From the NCBI GenBank assembly GCA_022447225.1, contig JAKVAZ010000018.1:10882-74881 (forward strand): a stretch of DNA of 64,000 nucleotides. The letters run 5' to 3'. The translations under genes and the position numbers were made by a program. How positions within the stretch are numbered: position 1 is the first letter of the stretch; each line of letters begins with the position of its first letter. Positions 20,325 through 30,685 of the stretch are shown here, in pieces. Origin of the DNA: Fuerstiella sp. GTDB taxonomy: Bacteria > Planctomycetota > Planctomycetia > Planctomycetales > Planctomycetaceae. The notes below the pieces were generated by a model, which saw only the letters and a program-made list of their open reading frames with translations, had not been told where the DNA came from and searched no databases.

Positions 20325-21641
20325 ATGTCCAGATCTCGTCGTCAGTTTCTTCGTTCGGCCGGAACAACAACGTCTGCTCTGGCAGCTGCGTCCGTGTTGC
20401 GACCGCTTTATGCGGGGACTGCCCAGCTGGAGACAGTTAATCTGGGAATCATTGGCTGTGGCGGCATCATGACGAAGCATGTGAAGGGTCTCGTCAGTCG
20501 CAAAGAGAGAGTGTCCATTTCCTGGCTTTGCGATGTCGACCCCGCTCAGGTTACTCGCATGGCGGCGCACACTGACGGATTTCAGTCGCAGGATCCTAAA
20601 CGAACTGAACAATACGAAGACGTGATTAATGACAGCAACGTCGATGCTGTCATTATCGCAACACCACATCACTGGCACGCACCGATCGCCATCCAGGCAA
20701 TGCAGCAGGGGAAAGACGTCTATATTGAAAAACCAATTTCGCATGTCTACAACGAAGGCCATGCGATCATTCAGGCGTCGAAACAATATGGCCGAGTCGT
20801 CCAGCAGGGCAGTCAGATGCGGAACAGCCCCGTAACAAACCGTGCTGCAAAACTTCTGGCCGATGGTATCATTGGTGACATCAAGGTGGCTCGCGCGTGG
20901 ACCGCCGAAACTCGCAGTGTCGTGAAACCAGTTGCAGACGGCGTTCCCCCCAGTGGTGTCAACTACGATCGCTGGCTTGGTCCGGCCCCCAAACGTCCTT
21001 TCAACAAATATCGATTTCATAATACGTGGCGCATGTTCCGTGACTACGCGAATGGAGAAATCGGTGATGACGGAATCCACGATATTGACATGGCGGCGTG
21101 GGGACTGGGAATCGATTCGGCGCCCACTCAGATCACAGCCCGCGGCAGCCGCATGATGCTGCATGGTCACGCGAGTGAATATCCCGACAACATGACGGTC
21201 ACCTGGGAATTCGAAGACGGCCGCCTGATGGTCTATGAAAATTACCCGTTCACCGCTTACGGCATTCACGGTTTCGATAACGGCAATGTGTTCTACGGAA
21301 CTACGGGATACATGATCTTTTCGCGTCGCGGTGCATTCAGCGTGTTTCTCGGCCGAAAAGGAAAGCCCGGCCCGACCGAAGGGAATGTGCGCGGTGAACG
21401 AGGCTACGCCGAACACATGGCCGAATTTCTGAATGCCGTCCGGACACGTAATCCTGAAACAAGAGCACGTGCCGAGGTGGCTCATCGGTCCTGTGCCCTG
21501 GTGCATCTTGGCGAAATCGCCTACCGCACAAACGGGCGTCTGGACTTCGATCCGAAAACGGAGTTGTTTGTCGGCAACGAGGAAGCAAACTTACTCCTCG
21601 ACAAGTCCTATCGTGATCCCTTCGGAATTACCCGTACGTGA
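20325..21641 (+). CDS. TAT-signal Gfo/Idh/MocA family oxidoreductase
   Basis: MSRSRRQFLRSAGTTTSALAAASV is a twin-arginine signal. It is followed by the Rossmann segment LGIIGCGGI and by IEKP. The ORF maximum starts at TTG 20313. Confidence 0.85.
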   Translation: MSRSRRQFLRSAGTTTSALAAASVLRPLYAGTAQLETVNLGIIGCGGIMTKHVKGLVSRKERVSISWLCDVDPAQVTRMAAHTDGFQSQDPKRTEQYEDVINDSNVDAVIIATPHHWHAPIAIQAMQQGKDVYIEKPISHVYNEGHAIIQASKQYGRVVQQGSQMRNSPVTNRAAKLLADGIIGDIKVARAWTAETRSVVKPVADGVPPSGVNYDRWLGPAPKRPFNKYRFHNTWRMFRDYANGEIGDDGIHDIDMAAWGLGIDSAPTQITARGSRMMLHGHASEYPDNMTVTWEFEDGRLMVYENYPFTAYGIHGFDNGNVFYGTTGYMIFSRRGAFSVFLGRKGKPGPTEGNVRGERGYAEHMAEFLNAVRTRNPETRARAEVAHRSCALVHLGEIAYRTNGRLDFDPKTELFVGNEEANLLLDKSYRDPFGITRT

Positions 21642-21712
21642 GTCGTCTCTGGTTGCGGCACGGGTGGCCATCGACTTTCCCTAAGCTTCAAGATGCCGGT
21701 ACCAGTTTCGCA

Positions 21713-23473
21713 CTACCAAAACACAACGAAACTCAGCCAGCATCCAATGGCACACGCCACAAATGCGAGCAGCAGCGGCAGTCGATAGCTGGCAGCCCGC
21801 GACTCATCCGGGGTTTCGATCTGTCGGATTGCCAGCTGGCTTGTACGTAACCAGCCGGCTTTTTCGACATGTTTTAACTCGCCTTTTGGCTCCCAGCCGA
21901 TGATCACCGAAACCAGCAGCATGGTTCCGGACGTGATCAGCATGCTAAAGATATATGCTGCGAATGGATTGGTCATCACGACCGGAAAAATCTGAATGCC
22001 TGAGTAGACGGCGATGGGTTCGGCAATCAGCCGCAGGACACCATAGCCGGAGCCGGCAAGAAGTCCGATGAGTCCCGCCCGTCGATGGACCCGGGTCAGC
22101 GCGCCCACCAGAAACAAAGTCAAAAGTGGTGTGACGAACGTGCTGGTGAGCTCCAGATAAAACAACAGCATGCCGCCTTCCAGGAAAGGCACATAAACGA
22201 AAGAGCCGCCGATAATCAGTGGAGTCAGCCACTGCCCCACCCGCATGTAATGTCTATCGTCACGGTCGCGAACGAACAGCCGGGCATAGACATCCCTTGT
22301 CAGCAGGGCGGACAGGGTGGAGCCGATGGAATCGAATGTGGAGAATGAGGCCGCAAGCACTCCGGCCACCACAATGCCGTGCAGGCCTGCGATCGAAAAC
22401 TGACTGACCAGATGAGGGTAGATCGAGTCCACTTTCTGGAGAGGTAAGTCACTGATCTCAGGGTACAGTGCACGTCCCATCACTCCCATCGACAGGTTGA
22501 AAAATGACATCACGAGCATCGCCGCGCCGGCAATCCAGACGGACATCTTCATGTCCCATTCACTTTTTGAGGCGAACATTCGCATCGATTGTGTGTGATT
22601 CACAATCGAGTACGCGAAGCCGGTAATGATTAAAGCAGCCGCGACCAGCCAGGCCGGAGTTCGTCTGTTAATCACACCGGCTGAAGCATCGTAGGTGCCA
22701 CCGGCCATCAAACGACGTTCGATGGTTGTGGGATCGTCTTTGCTGACATCCAGCACGGCAACGTTGTCATGTCGAGCCTTCAGTAATTCGTCCGCCAGTC
22801 CAGGTTCGCCCGCCAGGGCGGGTCGGTGCTCGTTGAGACGCGTGGTGATGCCGTCCCAGCCGCCAACCTGGTTCCAGACGAGTCCCCAGATAATGAGTCC
22901 GGCAATGGTCATCACCGCAAACTGCAGAGAATCTGTCACCGCTACCGATTTCAATCCCCCCAGTGCGGTGTAAACCGACGCGAGAACCGCGATGGCAGCA
23001 ACAGCCGACCATGCCTGGATGCCGTTCCAGCCACAGATGATAGAAAGCGTCAGGTAAAGTGTGGTAGCAATGATCGCCATCACCAGAGTGCGATACTGAA
23101 CCTGGATCAGGGCACACAGCACTCGCACGGACGGGCCGAACCGCGCCTCCAGGTATTCCGCGTTGGTATACATTCCTGCTCGATAGATCGTCGGATAAAT
23201 TACGAACGCCGCCAGCGTCCAGCCGACAACAGTCCCCACCCAGTTGGTCACGAAATAACTGAAACCCAGTGTGTAGGTGCCGCCTGCATCGGCAATCAGA
23301 TCGCTGGAATCAATCGCGGTTGCATACATCGATATACCAACCAGCCACCATGGCAGACTTCTGCCGGCCAGAAACCAGTCCGCACTGGAGGAAACTCCAC
23401 GGCTCAGCCAGATGCCGTACGCGATGATCGATCCGTTCAGCAGAACGACGATCAGCCAGTCAATCAGATTCAT
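21713..23473 (-). CDS. sodium:solute symporter (SSS) family transporter
   Basis: The 586-aa ORF has about 13-14 hydrophobic helices. The N-terminus (WFLAGRSLPWWLVGISMYATAIDSSDL) is typical of the SSF family. Confidence 0.88.
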   Translation of the reverse strand: MNLIDWLIVVLLNGSIIAYGIWLSRGVSSSADWFLAGRSLPWWLVGISMYATAIDSSDLIADAGGTYTLGFSYFVTNWVGTVVGWTLAAFVIYPTIYRAGMYTNAEYLEARFGPSVRVLCALIQVQYRTLVMAIIATTLYLTLSIICGWNGIQAWSAVAAIAVLASVYTALGGLKSVAVTDSLQFAVMTIAGLIIWGLVWNQVGGWDGITTRLNEHRPALAGEPGLADELLKARHDNVAVLDVSKDDPTTIERRLMAGGTYDASAGVINRRTPAWLVAAALIITGFAYSIVNHTQSMRMFASKSEWDMKMSVWIAGAAMLVMSFFNLSMGVMGRALYPEISDLPLQKVDSIYPHLVSQFSIAGLHGIVVAGVLAASFSTFDSIGSTLSALLTRDVYARLFVRDRDDRHYMRVGQWLTPLIIGGSFVYVPFLEGGMLLFYLELTSTFVTPLLTLFLVGALTRVHRRAGLIGLLAGSGYGVLRLIAEPIAVYSGIQIFPVVMTNPFAAYIFSMLITSGTMLLVSVIIGWEPKGELKHVEKAGWLRTSQLAIRQIETPDESRAASYRLPLLLAFVACAIGCWLSFVVFW

Positions 23474-23703
23474 ATTGTCCTGCCTGTACTGTTGACCGAA
23501 CCGGAGACCCGCGAGGGATTGTTCCGGCGTGAAACTCGTGACATCTCAGTATCACTCGTTATCCCTCAAAGGGATGCTATCCTATTTGTCCAGCAGTCAT
23601 TACTCTTCCAAACGTTCACATCGATTTCAGTTTATCACCAGTTTGAGTGAATGTCCCCACACTGTCACTGCTTGGACTGTTTAGATCTTCAAGAGAAACT
23701 CAC

Positions 23704-24825
23704 ATGCAAATCGATCGTGTTGAAGTTCAGGCTGTGGCACCGGAAGTTCAGCGATTCACCTGGTCTCATGACCTGCCTGAACAGTACATGACCAATACGA
23801 TCGTCCGGATCTACACTGACGAAGGAGTCGAAGGTGTCGGCGGAACATCGAACTACACGTCGTATGGTTTCGACCGTTACACCGCAGAGACTCTGCGACA
23901 TCTGATTCCTGTGCTGATTGGCAGGGATCCTTTGAATCGTCAGGCCATCTGGAACACTCTGTGGTCCCGAGTCTTTCCCTACTCACCTGGTGCACTGGCT
24001 GCCATCGACATAGCCCTGTGGGATTTATTCGGAAAAACCGCAAATCTGCCGGTTTATAAGCTGCTTGGCGGTGCTGCGGAGCAGATTCGTTCCTACGCCA
24101 GTACACCTTTGTTTGATGATGTTCCTGCGTATCTTAAATTCATTGAACAGATGCTCGAACTGGGGTTTCGCGCCGTCAAATTCCACTGCTGGTCTCTGCC
24201 GGAGAAAGACAGAGAACTGGTTCGTGCCGTACGCCAGGCATTTCCGGGTGACGATGTGAAGTTCATGCTGGATGTGGAAAATAACTACGAATGGCAGGAT
24301 GCCCTGGAGATGGCCCTGGAACTGGAAGATCTGGCGTTTGAATGGTTTGAGGCGCCACTGATGGATTTTGATCTTCCTGGTTATCGAAGACTGACAAAGC
24401 GGGTCAGCATTCCAATTATCCCGTCGGGAAACTGGATCCAGGATCTGTCCGCATTTGAGCATGCGTTGGAGACTGATTGCTGGTCGCGTGCCAGAACGGA
24501 CGTTACGGTGTGTGGCGGTTTCACTCCGGCTCAAAAATATATGGCTCTGGTTGCAGCGGCCGGCATGAAATGTGAATTGATGTCCTGGGGCAATACTTTG
24601 ATTTCGTCGTCAAATCTGCATCTGATGCTGGGAACCGGTTTGTGTTCCTGGTACGAACAGCCCGTGCCCTACGAACCCTATGAGTATGGAATGCTGCAGA
24701 CATTGCGGACCGGGCGTGACGGTTTTGTTCAGGCACCACAGGGGCCGGGACTTGGTCACGGGATTGACTGGGACGCCATGAACGCGGCAACGATTCACCG
24801 ACTCGACAGTCGTGAGATCAACTGA
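23704..24825 (+). CDS. enolase-superfamily enzyme (mandelate racemase/muconate lactonizing family, probable sugar-acid dehydratase)
   Basis: The capping domain has AAIDIALWDLFGK and PVYKLLGG. The barrel has metal-ligand contexts (MLDVEN, FEWFEAP). ATG at 23704 (MQIDRVEV) is preferred. Confidence 0.83.
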   Translation: MQIDRVEVQAVAPEVQRFTWSHDLPEQYMTNTIVRIYTDEGVEGVGGTSNYTSYGFDRYTAETLRHLIPVLIGRDPLNRQAIWNTLWSRVFPYSPGALAAIDIALWDLFGKTANLPVYKLLGGAAEQIRSYASTPLFDDVPAYLKFIEQMLELGFRAVKFHCWSLPEKDRELVRAVRQAFPGDDVKFMLDVENNYEWQDALEMALELEDLAFEWFEAPLMDFDLPGYRRLTKRVSIPIIPSGNWIQDLSAFEHALETDCWSRARTDVTVCGGFTPAQKYMALVAAAGMKCELMSWGNTLISSSNLHLMLGTGLCSWYEQPVPYEPYEYGMLQTLRTGRDGFVQAPQGPGLGHGIDWDAMNAATIHRLDSREIN

Positions 24826-24858
24826 TTCTGCTCCAAGAGACAAGGTTGCTACAAGACG

Positions 24859-25977
24859 ATGAAAATAACAGAAGTCGTTTGCCAGATTCTGCGAGTCCCC
24901 GCCGTTGAAGCAAAAACAGCCAGTAGCCAGGACGCGGTCATTATCCGAGTCCGCACGGATACCGGTATTGAGGGAATCGGTGAAGCCGATGCGTCGCCTG
25001 AAGTGATTCAGTCCATTGTCGATGCGCCTTTCAGTCACAACATCGCCTGTGGTCTTCGCGAAATCCTAATCGGGGAAAACCCGCTGGAAACGGAGCGCCT
25101 GTGGCAGGACATGTATCGCCGCACCATGTATTTCGGCCGAACGTCTGTGACGATTGCCGCGATGGCAGCTGTCGACCTTGCCCTGTGGGACATTAAGGGC
25201 AAGCATTTCAATGAACCGATCCATCGTTTGCTTGGTGGGAAACAGCACGATTCCATCAAAGCCTATGCATCAATTCTATTTGGCCGTGACGGAGCCGAAA
25301 CGGCCGATATCGGTCGAAAGTGGACCGACAGCGGATACGGCGCCGTAAAATTTGGCTGGGAGCCAATGGGCGAAAGCGAAGCAATTGACATTGATCTGGT
25401 TCGTGGTGCACGTGAGGGAGTGGGTGACGCCACACTGCTGATTGATGCGGGTTGCGTCTGGGATACCCGGACCGCATTACGTCGAGCCCACGCCTTTGCC
25501 GAATTCGGAATCGAATGGCTGGAAGAACCTCTGCGTGAGGACAACATTGACGGTTACGTCTGGCTGCGAGACCGTTCGCCCGTGCCGATCGCCTCCGGCG
25601 AAGCAGAATGCGGTCGCGAAGCCTGGCGTCCCCTGCTTGATCGACGTGCTCTGGATGTTTACCAGGTGGACTTGTCGCGCAATGGGTTCACCGAGTCTGC
25701 GTATCTGCGGGCACGAATCGAAGAAATTGGAGCGCGACCCTGCAACCATTTTTACACGTCACCGATCACCGCAGCCGCCAGTCTGCACTGGTTATCCACG
25801 TGTCGCGATGCATTTCTGTTCGAAGATTGTGTGGACGCGTCTCCGATCCGCAACGATCTGTGCCTCGAACGTGTCCAGGCCGACAACGGTCTGATCGCTG
25901 TTCCTGACGGTCCCGGCCTCGGCGTGACACTCAACGAAGATCTTGTCACGGAACTGCTGATCTCCGAGTCGCGTTAG
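24859..25977 (+). CDS. enolase-superfamily enzyme (mandelate racemase/muconate lactonizing family), second paralogue
   Basis: MKITEVVCQILRVP, AAVDLALWDIKGK, PIHRLLGG, LLIDAGC, IEWLEEP and VYQVDLSR are present. Confidence 0.85.
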   Translation: MKITEVVCQILRVPAVEAKTASSQDAVIIRVRTDTGIEGIGEADASPEVIQSIVDAPFSHNIACGLREILIGENPLETERLWQDMYRRTMYFGRTSVTIAAMAAVDLALWDIKGKHFNEPIHRLLGGKQHDSIKAYASILFGRDGAETADIGRKWTDSGYGAVKFGWEPMGESEAIDIDLVRGAREGVGDATLLIDAGCVWDTRTALRRAHAFAEFGIEWLEEPLREDNIDGYVWLRDRSPVPIASGEAECGREAWRPLLDRRALDVYQVDLSRNGFTESAYLRARIEEIGARPCNHFYTSPITAAASLHWLSTCRDAFLFEDCVDASPIRNDLCLERVQADNGLIAVPDGPGLGVTLNEDLVTELLISESR

Positions 25978-26138
25978 ACCTGTGTCTTCATGAGGCAGGA
26001 CTAAAACAGGAACGGCTTATTGACGCAGTCTCCCGGGGTGCCCCAGGATGCTGTTCCGGCAAATGGTATGCACTGTACCGGACCTGCGCTGTTTCTTCCT
26101 GAACTGTTGTGAAGATCGGCTGAAGACCAAACCTGTCG

Positions 26139-26903
26139 TCAGCTGCGTTCCGGAGGCCGACCGCAGATCTGTACTTCCGGGTCGAAGTACGGTGAATCAT
26201 TAACAGGGCCGAGCCAGTTCGCCTGACTTGATGCATAATGATACTGAACCGATCGGCGTCTGCGGCTGGTGAGATTGGCCGGAGTATAATGCTGCAGTTC
26301 TCCGTGAAACACCAGTGCGTCACCAGGGTTGAGCGGAATGGCGATGACATCATCGTTCTGAGGCACGTCGACGATTCCGTACGCGTCACCTTCTCCGGCG
26401 TGTTCGACGATTCCGTTTCGATGTGAACCTGGCAATATGTGCATGCAGCCGTTTTCGACTGTTGCCGGATCGGTGGCAATCCAGAAACCTACCACGTCCG
26501 GCGGGTCCAGCCGGAAATAGGCATTATCCTGATGCCAGACCTTTGGCGAGCTGACACCTGGTGACTTCATCAATGTCATACTTTGCGCCAGGAACAAGTC
26601 CGGCCCGACCAGCTCTTTAGCAATTTCCACAACGGATTGATGAAAGGCGAAGCTTCGAAAGAATTCGCTGTGGCGGGCGACTCGAAACAACTTCCGAATC
26701 CCCAGCTCGAATGACTCAGGAACCTGCTTCCCGGATTGAACAAGAGGCTCGGTCTGAACCAGTTCTTGCGGGTAATTCCGGTGGTTGGCAGCAATGTGTG
26801 ATATCTCCTGCTGAATCAGCCTGACCTCGTCGGCTGATATCAGATTTGGGACTACGACATAGCCTTCCTGGGTGTATCGATTCAACTGCGTGTTCACGGT
26901 CAT
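26139..26903 (-). CDS. phytanoyl-CoA dioxygenase (PhyH) family oxygenase
   Basis: EGYVVVPNLIS, WHQDNAYF, ILPGSHRNG and VFHGELQHYTPAN are present. Confidence 0.85.
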   Translation of the reverse strand: MTVNTQLNRYTQEGYVVVPNLISADEVRLIQQEISHIAANHRNYPQELVQTEPLVQSGKQVPESFELGIRKLFRVARHSEFFRSFAFHQSVVEIAKELVGPDLFLAQSMTLMKSPGVSSPKVWHQDNAYFRLDPPDVVGFWIATDPATVENGCMHILPGSHRNGIVEHAGEGDAYGIVDVPQNDDVIAIPLNPGDALVFHGELQHYTPANLTSRRRRSVQYHYASSQANWLGPVNDSPYFDPEVQICGRPPERS

Positions 26904-27070
26904 TGTCTCGGCCTGTACAGTTCCGACATGGTTCTTCGGACTTCGATGTCTTCCTTATCACCTTATGCACGCTGACTTTGGTGTGCTCTCGGGGCCCGGT
27001 ACTGTGTCATTTGTCAAACTGTTTGATCAGTCGCTGCTGACGATAAAGGCAGAATGTTGCATCATTCAGG

Positions 27071-28438
27071 TCAGTCATGTTTTTCAGTTAACTCCAACCG
27101 TTGTTGATTTGGTTTCGCCATATGAACCGACTGAGTGAGAAAAAGAGGTGTCCGGTATTCCCCGGGCAGACTTAAGTCCGTTAACTCTGAGCCGTTCGTT
27201 GGGCTGATAGTCTTCAAATAAACCTTTGTCTGTGACAGGCGGAGGGGAATTCGGTGTCTGACATGTGTCGAGTCTACGTCGTCAGTATCGGAGCCTGCAG
27301 TATTGCCTGTTTGTGAAAAACTGTGGGAACGATTCTGTCGGGACGAAACCCGGCTGTCATTTGAACTGTCGAACTGGCGCGCACCTGTGTCCGGTACACT
27401 CCGGCGGGAGTGAAAATTAATCGGCTGTGCACCGGGACGTTCTTCGTTGCCGGCCCTCAAAGAGACACACAGGACGGACCGGATCTGACTGGACTCTGCA
27501 GTCTGACTGTTGACAAATTTCGCGTGATTCATGATTGTTATGGCGGGCACTGCCGGGGGCCACAGGGCCCAGATCGCGAGAGCAACCGGCGCCGCGAAAA
27601 GGATGCTGTCGAGCAGGTCGAGGACACCTCCGAATCCGGGCATCAGAGCAGCTGAGTCCTTTTGCTGGGCGTCACGCTTTAACAGGGACTCGCACAGATC
27701 ACCGGCCAGACCGACCAGTCCCATGGCAATACCGTATCCAATCACCGCCGGGTAACTGCTGATTACCGGGGCTGATTCAAACAGTCGCCCTCCAAATCTC
27801 AGCCACAAGACACTTCCGGCCACACTTCCGGCGACCGCACCCGCGGCGCCCATCCACGTCTTGCCGGGACTTAGGGCGGGAGCCATTTTTCGTCGCCCCC
27901 AAAGTCGGCCGAACGCATAGGCGGTTATGTCTCCGGACTTGACCGCAATGATCATAGAACCGATTGTGAAGTAGCCGAGATGGGGAGACGGGAACCAGCG
28001 AAGCTGACTGGCAATCGCCAGCAGGCCTCCACTGTACATCACGGTAAGCCAGCCTGCTCCCAGTGATTCCAGGGAGTGTCCTGGCTGTCGATAACGCTCT
28101 GCTTCACGCAGAAAGAGCAGTGCAAACGAACCGACAAGTGCAGCACAGATCATTCCCAGAGACACCAGGAGCCGTAAAGGTCCGTTGGGAAGACCCAGGA
28201 GTGTATGAATCCAGCCGGCAAACACGACCAGCAGACTGCAAATTGCCGTCAGCGCGAATGATGGACTCATTGATCTTACTGACAGCATCTGAGTCATTTC
28301 GTAACAGCAGCGAACGGCCAGCAGAGAGCACAGTGCCAGCAGAATGGTGGCCCGAGGCCCCTGCATGGCATCCAGCCAGAACATTGCAAGTAAGGCGGGA
28401 ATCAGAACCGCCGAAATTCCCAGTCGCCAGCCAAGCAT
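27071..28438 (-). CDS. cdsA: phosphatidate cytidylyltransferase (CDP-diglyceride synthase) with a long low-complexity C-terminal tail
   Basis: SGDITAYAFGRLWGRRKMAPALSPGKTWMGAAG and SLLKRDAQQKDSAALMPGFGGVLDLLDS match the CdsA core. The gene sits directly downstream of uppS as in many bacteria. About 160 Ser/Arg/Asn-rich residues follow the last helix. Confidence 0.8.
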   Translation of the reverse strand: MLGWRLGISAVLIPALLAMFWLDAMQGPRATILLALCSLLAVRCCYEMTQMLSVRSMSPSFALTAICSLLVVFAGWIHTLLGLPNGPLRLLVSLGMICAALVGSFALLFLREAERYRQPGHSLESLGAGWLTVMYSGGLLAIASQLRWFPSPHLGYFTIGSMIIAVKSGDITAYAFGRLWGRRKMAPALSPGKTWMGAAGAVAGSVAGSVLWLRFGGRLFESAPVISSYPAVIGYGIAMGLVGLAGDLCESLLKRDAQQKDSAALMPGFGGVLDLLDSILFAAPVALAIWALWPPAVPAITIMNHAKFVNSQTAESSQIRSVLCVSLRAGNEERPGAQPINFHSRRSVPDTGARQFDSSNDSRVSSRQNRSHSFSQTGNTAGSDTDDVDSTHVRHRIPLRLSQTKVYLKTISPTNGSELTDLSLPGEYRTPLFLTQSVHMAKPNQQRLELTEKHD

Positions 28439-28488
28439 CTATGCCACTCAATTTCCAGGGGAGTCAGTGCTGCGGCTGTTCCAGTCAG

Positions 28489-29286
28489 TTACTGTACCGC
28501 TGCGGGTGATGCGTTCAGTCCACCAAATCGACGATCACGCCCGGAGAAATCTCTGAGCGCTGCGTGTAAATGTGGATTGCGAAATTCCGGCCAGAGTTTC
28601 TCGGTCACCCACAGTTCAGAGTAACTGATCTGCCACAATAGAAAGTTACTGATACGCATTTCGTTTGCCGTCCGAATCACCAGATCCGGATCCGGCATAC
28701 CGACTGTCATCAAATGTTCCGCAACAGTTTCATTTGAGATCTCATCCGGCTGCAGGAGTCCATCACGAATCCTGACTGCGATCTGTCGCATCGCATGTGT
28801 GATCTCGGACCGAGCCCCGTAGTTAAGCGCAAGACAGAGTGTCATTCCCTGATTGTTGGCTGAGTCCCGCGCCGTGATCTCAATCTCTTCCTGAATTTCC
28901 GGGTGCAGCTCATCGATATGTCCAATGACCCGAAACTGCAGCCCCTGTTCCTGAATGCGTTGCCGTTCATCAACGACGTATTTTTTCAGCAGCCGCATCA
29001 GAAACGACAGTTCACCTGGCGGGCGTTTCCAGTTCTCACTTGAAAAGCAGTACAATGTGAGTTGTTCCAGTCCCAACCGGGAACACTCTTCGACAATCTC
29101 CCGCACCGATGCGACGCCCCGGCGGTGTCCCTCTATTCGCGGGAGGCCGCGCTGCTGCGCCCATCTTCCATTACCATCCATGATGACAGCAATGTGTCGG
29201 GGAAGCCGGTCTCGTGCCAGACCAAGCTCTTCCAGCTTGTATTCAGTATATGGTTCCTGACGACTCAACGTCCCAATGCTCCACAT
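28489..29286 (-). CDS. uppS: isoprenyl transferase (undecaprenyl-diphosphate synthase)
   Basis: PRHIAVIMDGNGRWA, GHRRG, LTLYCFSSENWKRP, IRTANEMRISNFLLWQISYSELW and RRFG are present. Confidence 0.93.
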   Translation of the reverse strand: MWSIGTLSRQEPYTEYKLEELGLARDRLPRHIAVIMDGNGRWAQQRGLPRIEGHRRGVASVREIVEECSRLGLEQLTLYCFSSENWKRPPGELSFLMRLLKKYVVDERQRIQEQGLQFRVIGHIDELHPEIQEEIEITARDSANNQGMTLCLALNYGARSEITHAMRQIAVRIRDGLLQPDEISNETVAEHLMTVGMPDPDLVIRTANEMRISNFLLWQISYSELWVTEKLWPEFRNPHLHAALRDFSGRDRRFGGLNASPAAVQ

Positions 29287-29452
29287 CAGCCGGCTGATTC
29301 CGTGAAATTGCGGAAAATACCAGTCAGGTGTTCTATCGCAATCGGCTTTGTCGAACTACCTCCGAATGCAGCGTAATGTTGGCGAAATCCTGTGACGGAC
29401 AGGGGGAGACCGTCGGAGAACAGGACCCAACCCGCGAAATCACACGATTTCA

Positions 29453-30685
29453 TCAGACATTCCCGGAACTCAAATCCTCAGCACCTGGTTCACGATCCTT
29501 GAATAATGCAAAAAACAGGATCGCCAGCACGACCGACAGAACTGCCGGAATGGCCCAGATCATTTGCCAGTTGTGAGTACCCTTGCCGTCAGCTGCCGGG
29601 ATCACAAAGTGTTCACCGACGACTCCAGCCAGCCAGGAGCCGACAAACATCCCGATTCCCAGAGTCACGAATGCATGCAGTCCCTGGGCTGCACCCCGGA
29701 TATCTTCGCTGGCCCGTTTGTCGACATACATTCGCCCCATCACAAATATGAAGTCGTAGCAGACGCCATGAACAGCGATTCCCAGATACATCATCCATTG
29801 TGAGTCCCGTGACGTATCGAACCACGCAAACATTCCGAACCGCAGTGCCCATGCCAGCATTCCGACCAGCAAAATTCCCTTGGACCGAAATAGGGGCAGC
29901 AAAACGGGCAGGAGCAGCAGGAAAACCACATCAGAAACCTGACCGATCGTCATTTTTGCCGCCGCGTATTCGATGCCAAGTTCTTTCAGGAACACGATCA
30001 TCCAGGCGAAGTAAAAACTGAGCGGAATGCAGATCAAAAACGAACACACAATGAACGTGGCGAACGACCGCTCCTGCATTAGTTTGAGGGCATCGAATCC
30101 AAGCATTGTCCGAAGAGAGACTGTTTGGCCGGCTCCTTTCGGCGGAGTATCCGGCAGGGTAAACGAATACAGTCCCATCAGTACGGCTGCCCCGCATGCC
30201 AGATAAAACATTCCGACGTTATTATCATACTTTAAAAAGCTGTTGATCAGACCGGCGACGATCCATCCCACGCTTCCCGCCATCATCACGATTGGAAATT
30301 CTTTTCCGGGGTTCACGGCATGATGCAGAGTCAGCGTGTTTGTCAGACCATGGCCCGCCATGTAACTCACGGCGTACAGGATGAGGAGTGGATAGAACGC
30401 CTGAAATGTGTGCTGCGTGGCTACCAGATACAGCAACCCCGCTCCAATGATGTGCAGTGTTCCCAGAAGTTTTTGAGTAGCAAAGAATCGATCGGCAATG
30501 ATCCCGGCAAAAAAAGGAGAAACGATCGCTCCGATCGCCGTGCTGCCATAGGCCAGACCCACCTGGCCTCCTTCGAAGTTTAACGTCTTGTCGAGGTACG
30601 CCCCCATCGTGACATACCATGCTCCCCAGACGAAATAGTGCAGGAACACCATGATCCACAGTCGAACAATCATGAATCTGGACAT
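29453..30685 (-). CDS. MFS transporter, nucleoside:H+ symporter (NupG/XapB-like) family
   Basis: MSRFMIVRLWIMVFLHYFVWGAWYVTMGAYL and SPFFAGIIADRFF resemble the Nuc_H_symport N-terminus, and there are 12 hydrophobic segments. The ORF maximum reaches 30784. Confidence 0.72.
   Translation of the reverse strand: MSRFMIVRLWIMVFLHYFVWGAWYVTMGAYLDKTLNFEGGQVGLAYGSTAIGAIVSPFFAGIIADRFFATQKLLGTLHIIGAGLLYLVATQHTFQAFYPLLILYAVSYMAGHGLTNTLTLHHAVNPGKEFPIVMMAGSVGWIVAGLINSFLKYDNNVGMFYLACGAAVLMGLYSFTLPDTPPKGAGQTVSLRTMLGFDALKLMQERSFATFIVCSFLICIPLSFYFAWMIVFLKELGIEYAAAKMTIGQVSDVVFLLLLPVLLPLFRSKGILLVGMLAWALRFGMFAWFDTSRDSQWMMYLGIAVHGVCYDFIFVMGRMYVDKRASEDIRGAAQGLHAFVTLGIGMFVGSWLAGVVGEHFVIPAADGKGTHNWQMIWAIPAVLSVVLAILFFALFKDREPGAEDLSSGNV

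Noticed and set aside
20289-21506. 405-aa minus-strand ORF
   Set aside because: It is entirely antisense to the Gfo/Idh/MocA gene, which has a clear TAT signal and Rossmann motifs. Its translation is Arg/Ser/His-rich with no recognisable motif, so it is a typical shadow ORF.
22826-23650. 274-aa plus-strand ORF
   Set aside because: It is antisense to the sodium:solute symporter. The product is Arg/Gln/His-rich and non-hydrophobic with no motif.
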